From the NCBI RefSeq assembly GCF_009914755.1, contig NC_060930.1: a DNA stretch of 64,000 nt. One strand, 5' to 3'. The DNA is from the human T2T-CHM13v2.0 reference genome, Homo sapiens. The position numbers were made by a program, and so were the translations under genes. Under the pieces are notes generated by a model. It was given only the letters and a program-made list of their open reading frames with translations, was not told the DNA's origin and searched no databases. Positions 57,623 through 64,000 of the stretch are shown here, one piece after another (within the stretch, counting starts at the first letter, position 1; each line of letters begins with the position of its first letter).

Positions 57623-57729
57623 CTATCATACTATCAAAAATCATACATATTAATCACACTATCATACATATTATATTATCATACTATCATACATATCATA
57701 TTACCATACTATCATACATATCATATTAA
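57623..57729. repeat. Imperfect (ATCATAC/CTATCATACAT)n array inserted in L1
   Basis: Read directly. Confidence 0.9.
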
Positions 57730-58227
57730 TCCTTTCTCTTTATCTTTGGTATATACTACAGGTTTTTGCTTTGTGGTCTCCATGAGTCTTATATAAAATG
57801 TATAGTTATAACAGTCTATGTCAAGCTGCTAAAACTAAACTTCAATTACAACAAAAACTCTACACTTTAACTTTTTTCTCCCCAGATTTTATGTTACTGA
57901 TGTCAAAATTTACATCTTTTAATAATGTATACCCATTAATAACTTATTGTGTCTATATTTATTTTTAATACTGTTGTCTTTTAACTTTTATACTGGAGTT
58001 AAAAGTTATTTATGCACTGCCTTTAAAATACTAGAGTATTCTGAATTTGACTATGTTATTACCTTTATAGTATGAGTAACTTTTATACTTTCATAGATTT
58101 CACGTTGTCCGTGTTCTTTTGTTTCAACTTTGAGAACCCCTTTCAGCCTTTGTAAGGCAGGCCTAGTGATAATACATTCTTTCAGCTTTTGTTGTTGTCT
58201 TGAAAACACCTTATCTCTCCTTCATAG

Positions 58228-58521
<294 letters not shown>

Positions 58522-61500
58522 TCTCCTTTATTCTGAATGAACAGATTTGTTAGGTATGGTATCCTTGGTTGGCAGCTTTTTATTCTTTTAGCACTTTGAA
58601 TATGTCATCCCTATGTCTCCTGGCCTGCAAGGTTTCTGCTGGCAAATCTACTTATGGTCTCTTGGGGGCTTACCTTGTATGTGATGAAATGCTTTTCCCT
58701 TGCTGCTTTAAAAATTGTGTCTTTAACTTTTGAGACTTTAATTAAAATGTGTCTTAGGGATGATCTCTTTGTGTTTAATCTATTTGGGTTTCTATGAACA
58801 TAATAAATATAGATGTTCATTTCTCTCCCCAGATTTGGTTAGTTTTTCATTATTTTTTTAAAAAAAGCCTTTCTGCTTTTTTCTCTGTTTGTGCTCCTTC
58901 TGAGGCTCTCGTAATATATATATATATTGGTTTACGTAATGATGTCTCCTAAATCCCACAGGCTTTCTTCACTGTTTTTCTTTTATTTTTTCTTATTTCT
59001 CTGACTGGGTAGTTTCAGTGACATGTCTTCAAGGTCACTGATTCTTTTGCTTCATCAAGTCTGTTGTTAAAACTTCCTATGGGATATTTCATTTTAGTCA
59101 TTGTATTTTTCAACTCCAGAATTTGTTTCATTTTTTCATTTTTCTATCTCTATTGAACTTCTCTTTTTGTTCACATATTGTTTTCCTGATTTTGCTTGTC
59201 TATCTATCCCTGTTCTCTTGTAACTCATCGAGGTTCTTTAACATGATTATTTTGAATTATTTATCAGGCAATGTGTAGATCTCTATTTCTTTAGGGTCAG
59301 TTACTTTTGCTTTATTTTGTTCCTTCAGTGATAAGAATTTCCTTGATGATTCATGATTCTTGTGACCTAGCACTGGTGTTTGCACACTTAAAGAAATAGG
59401 AACTTCTTTTAGTCTTTTGTAACTGTTTTTGGTGGGGAAAGCACTTCAGCAGTTATCCCATCCAGAATTTCCTAGATAGGCTGACTGGTGATATTTGTGT
59501 GGGTAACCTTGGAGCCTTTGTCCACTGAGGCAATCCTGGAGTTTGGTTCCACATAGGGGCCTGGTGTCTAGGACTATAGGTGCAGGCCTAGAGCCTGAAT
59601 CCATGGGGGTCAATCTGATACTGGGGCAAGCCTTAAGCCTGAGTACACAGTGGCCAGCCTGGTACTGAGGCAGGTATTGAGAATCTGCAGAGATGGGCCT
59701 GGTCCTGAATTCATGGGGCTGACCCAGCATCAGATTCCATCAGGTGGGGCGTGATGTCCAGGTCCATTGGTGCAGGCTTGGTGACTGGCCCCATGGAGCC
59801 TGGGGCTTGGGTGCATGAGGGCCAGTCTTACACTTAGACAGGCCTTCTCTCTGAGTCCATGGGAGCTGGTTTGTCCCTAGGGCAAGTGTGGGGCATAAGT
59901 CTGCAAGGATGAACCTTGTCCTAAGTCCTTATGAGACAGCTTGGCACCAGTGTTCACTACATTGGGCCTGGGGCCTGGATCTGGGAAGGCTGACCTAGAG
60001 AGTCTGGGTCTTCGGGAGCCTGAAACCTTAGGTAATGGCCTTGTTCTCAGGCAGGCGTGGAGCCTGGCAATGCAGGAACTGGCCTAGAGACTGGGTTCAT
60101 AAGTGTTAGCCTGGAGCCTGGGGTTATGGGGCTAGCCTGGCACTGGGGTGGGCTTGGAGCTGAGGTCTACAGAGGCAGGCCTGGATACTGGGACTATAGG
60201 ACCTGGCCTCATAACAGGGAAGGCCCAGAGCCTAGGTCCACAGGGGCCAACCTTGCGCCGATGTTCACGGAGGCAGACCTGTTGCTGGGGTCTATGGTGA
60301 AGTTGCTTGCTCACTTCCTTCTCCTTCCTCATGTGAAGGATATCTCTTTTTGTACTGCACTGCATAGACTTGGAGGAGACATGATATAAGTAATGTGACA
60401 TTGTCCTTTCTACTCTCTTCAACACATTTTTTTTCTTATTTCTATTCTTCACTCAGATGCTATAATCTCTCACCTGGATTCCATAGCTCTTGTGAACTTA
60501 TTTTAATGTGTAGGTGGTTGTTCAAATAGATGTTTCGGTGAAAGTATGAACATTGGAAACTTCTGTCCTCTTGTTCATATTACTCTTAATGCATTATGTC
60601 TTTGGAAAAGGCTTGGCAATCACAGTCATAGTCATGGTAGGAATGTAGAATGTAGAAAATTGGAAGATAAATGAGAAAGCACCAGTAGAAAATTTTTCTG
60701 TCATTCTTTTCTGTTGTGGTATGAGGATTAACTTTGTAAAACATATTACATTTGTTTCCACTCTTAGCTGCCAAGGTGAGTAGGTAAAAGTTCATAGAGC
60801 CAAATAGCATAGAACAGTTACAAGTCTTGTTTGTAAAACGGTGATGTGTATTTAAAATTTTTGAACTGTCAATAGCCAAAAGAGGAGTCTAAGAGCATGC
60901 CTAAGAAACAATTAGGGATTTAGGTACATTTTAAGAAGGGGGCTGTTAGTTATGCTATGGATAATATCGACATTGACTTCCTCAAACCACAGCAGTCATT
61001 CTAACTCCAATATTGCAATTGTCTTGAGATTAAATGATCTTGATTATGTTCCCTAATCATTATGCTCTTTAAGTGACTCATAAAAGTATTTTAAAACAGT
61101 ATGTAAGGTGACAATTTACTTTCTATTTTTAGATAAAATTAACACAGTTGAACATTTTAGTTACAATATGATGGAAACTGACTTTAAAAAGCCAACAATC
61201 ATATTTATTACACTTAATAAACGATAGTATAAAAATACATGAACAATAAGAACCAATAAAATTGTACTTACTGTGCAAATAGAACAATTAATGGAAATTA
61301 TAATACTCCTAGTTATACATAAATATATTTATTCTGTAGGGGTCAGTGTTATGAAGAATCTAAACTTTCTTTTAATCAGATTTTTATTCTTTCAGAAACA
61401 AGATTTTTTTTCCTGTCATTTTGGCTTTAAGGATCATCTTTCTTCCTTGAAGTGAGAATCATAAATTTTGGAATGAATTTTAAATCTCCTCAACACTGAT

Positions 61501-61989
61501 ATCTATTGAGTCTCCTTGTTTGAGGAATGAGCTGGCAGCTTGGAAGTGTAATAACAACTAAAATAAATGAGTCTTGAAAACCTATAACAGATTTTTGGAA
61601 ATTTGGCTCTCCTCAGTGTAGAACTGCCATTCCACTGATTAAGCACAAATAAGAAATATGAAAAAAAAAACATTTAGAGTATTTTTATTACTTAAATATG
61701 AAATATTTATCTGGAAATATGGTACATTACTGACTGTACCTTTTTCTTACATTGGATTCTTGACTGTGTTTTTTATTTTTAAAATTTTATTTATTTTTTA
61801 TTAAAGGAAATGTTTTAAGAAAGTGAATCTGTATTTTAAAAGAGAATTACAGTTTTTGGAGTCTTCATTCTTAATATAAATGTTTTCCTTCTATATATTA
61901 CTTTTCAATAAATTACCCTTCATATCCCTGTTTGTATCTCATTGTTCTTGCTGAGGCAAAAGTATATCTAAGTGTTTTTTTCAATACAG

Positions 61990-62140
61990 TGTTATTCATG
62001 ATCTCATTTAATACCCATTAATGACAGTAAATATTGACTCCTTTTTCACAGGAAGAAGCTGCATTTCAGAGGTATTAGTAACTGTCCCAGATCACATAGC
62101 TCATACTGGCAGAGCCAGGATTCAAACCTGCATGACCACC
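61990..62140 (-). mobile_element. MIR SINE
   Basis: 'cagaggtattagtaactgtcccagatcacatagctcatactggcagagccaggattcaaacc'. Confidence 0.8.
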
Positions 62141-63751
62141 CAGCACAACCTCCCTGTAAAGGCCCTGAAATGTCCAGTAACAGCTGGCTCGAGGACTGCC
62201 CACTTATCATTCACCCTTTGTCAGGGGTTGGGCAGCACCTGCAGCAGACACCCTGTAAGCTGCTTTCTATTTCTTTTCCCCAGAAGCCACTCCAATGTAT
62301 TTCTTTTCCTTTCAGAGTCTCGTCATGAAAAGTATAGTAACAACACCAAATACACTAGTCAGTATTTAAAAAGCTACAGTGTCTTTAAGAATACAATGTA
62401 TTAATATAGTTATTTGTAAGTGACAGATGACAAATAATGTCAGACATTTAACATGGCAGTGGGTATTATACTAAAGGCAACTTGTTTGAAACAGGTTTAA
62501 TTTAAAGTACTAGAATGCATGTGTCATATCTGACTTGTAGAGCACAGCTTAAACAAAGAGGTTTCATTTTTGTTCTACAGCTATTAGTCTTGTGACTCCA
62601 GAAAACCCAACATAAACCACCACTTCTTTATAAAGATATACAAAGGATGAATCTCCTCATCCTGATAGCCTTCGACATCCACACATCCACACATTTCAAT
62701 ATATATGCTTCCTTGTTTGGCCCTTGATGATAGCATAAAAACTCTCCCCACCCACATACAATCTGTTTGCATCTCACAATCTTTCATATCTAATTCACAC
62801 CATTAGCAATCTCTCTGCCTTTATATATTTGAAATAGCATATAGGAAACATATCTTGCAGTACTCCTGTAGCACACTATACTTTAGAGTAATACATTTTT
62901 ATGCTATGGAAAGATTTCCTAGGCAAATTAATATGTTTTTTTCCAGCCAATGCCAAACTCCCAAGATGTAATCAATCTTAGAAGATCTTGCTTGACTTTA
63001 TCCCTTTTACACTTTTCTGAAAAAAGGAGTAGATCTGTGCAGGCTTGAGTCCACCTTCCTTCTGAAGATCTAGAAGAACAAGATATGTTTCTCTACTCCA
63101 AACTCATCTTGATTTTCTTTATAAATATTTAACTGATGCTTGCATTAATTATATATTTGCACAAATTGAAGCTATGTAGAATTATAATTTTAGGGTAATG
63201 TTATATAAATGGATGTTATAATAATAATCTTATGCTTGAAATACAAACACGCCTGCTAAAAATTTTGAGATTTCATGGTATTCTATCCTTAGGATATCTA
63301 ATATTCAGTATACAGTCAAAACATTGTATTCAGAACCTGCTTGAATGTATATTTTTCTTTGTGTGGTTATCAACATATCAAAATTTATTTTGTTTCTTGC
63401 TCTATTCAATTTTGGTTTTTCCAAACTTTATGTTTTATATTTCTTTAATGTGTACATTTTTTATAAATTGAAGGTTAAAATTGTATAAACATATAAACTG
63501 AAATAAACATTGTTCCCGTTTCTATGCCCTGCATTCAGTTTTTGCTGACTTTCTACCCTTAAGAGCTTTTATTAGTTTCTACTACCTGGTTTATTTTTAC
63601 CAAAATTTGGACTAAATTTAATATTTTTATTTTTATTTTGCAGAAGGGTTTATCTCTTTTTAAATTGAAAAATATTGCTTTATTTAACAATATTGCAGAA
63701 TAAATTCTAATAATTTAATGGATATTTTAAATTTCTTTTTATTTCTATCAA

Positions 63752-63868
63752 ATTTTAGGGCAAGATCTTGCTATGTTTCCCAGGCTGGACTTCAACTCCT
63801 GGGCTCAAGTGATCCTCCTGTCTCGGCCTCCCAAGTACCTGGGACTACAGATGTGCACCGCTTAGTCA
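63752..63868 (-). mobile_element. FLAM (free left Alu monomer)
   Basis: 'tcttgctatgtttcccaggctgg...ctcctgggctcaagtgatcctcctgtctcggcctccca'. Confidence 0.85.
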
Positions 63869-63869
63869 A

Positions 63870-64000
63870 TTTTTCTTTATTTTTATTAAAGTATAATTGG
63901 CTTATATTAAATTGCATATATTAACATGTAATATTTAATAAATCTTGATATTTATGCACCCATTAATCTATCACACTATTAAATATATGTGCAATGTATT
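63870..64000 (-). mobile_element. L1M 3' terminus, antisense, running off the window
   Basis: 'ttttattaaagtataattgg...aaattgcatatatt'. Confidence 0.6.

Noticed and set aside
57623-57729. CRISPR-like or coded array
   Set aside because: Eukaryotic context, no constant repeat with unique spacers, and no cas genes
59446-60452. GC-rich block with ORFs, possible CpG island or gene
   Set aside because: CpG-depleted repetitive 5'UTR of the antisense L1MA element
62584-62787. 67-aa Cys/Trp-containing ORF in unique DNA
   Set aside because: No recognisable homology or splice context; length is within chance expectation

Overview
Primate genomic DNA, most consistent with human or another great ape (AluY/S/J and L1PA3-like elements). 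It is AT-rich and CpG-poor, and by eye well over half is interspersed repeat. I recognise no host protein-coding gene, RNA gene or CpG-island promoter, so the window looks intergenic or deep intronic. The only convincing protein ORF (5933-7126) is the C-terminal part of LINE-1 ORF2 in a 5'-truncated L1PA3-like copy. Two near-full-length ancient L1s face each other (~26.0-34.7 kb on +, ~54.1-60.6 kb on -). The window also holds solo LTRs (MLT2, MLT1, MER52, LTR1, LTR16), DNA transposons (MER63, Tigger3, MER6), MIR/L2 relics and microsatellites. I do not see a defensible new biological system. The best unexplained structures are: (1) a 128-bp, 126/128-identical local inverted duplication with an oligo(A) end, inserted into an old L1; (2) a fold-back plus iterative templated insertion at ~57.6 kb; (3) an Alu-spacer-Alu composite with a thrice-repeated target site; (4) a repeat-free island (~34.7-38.3 kb) with NF-kB/IRF-like and CP2-like motifs. 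Repeat subfamily names come from recalled consensus similarity and boundaries are approximate; no search was run.
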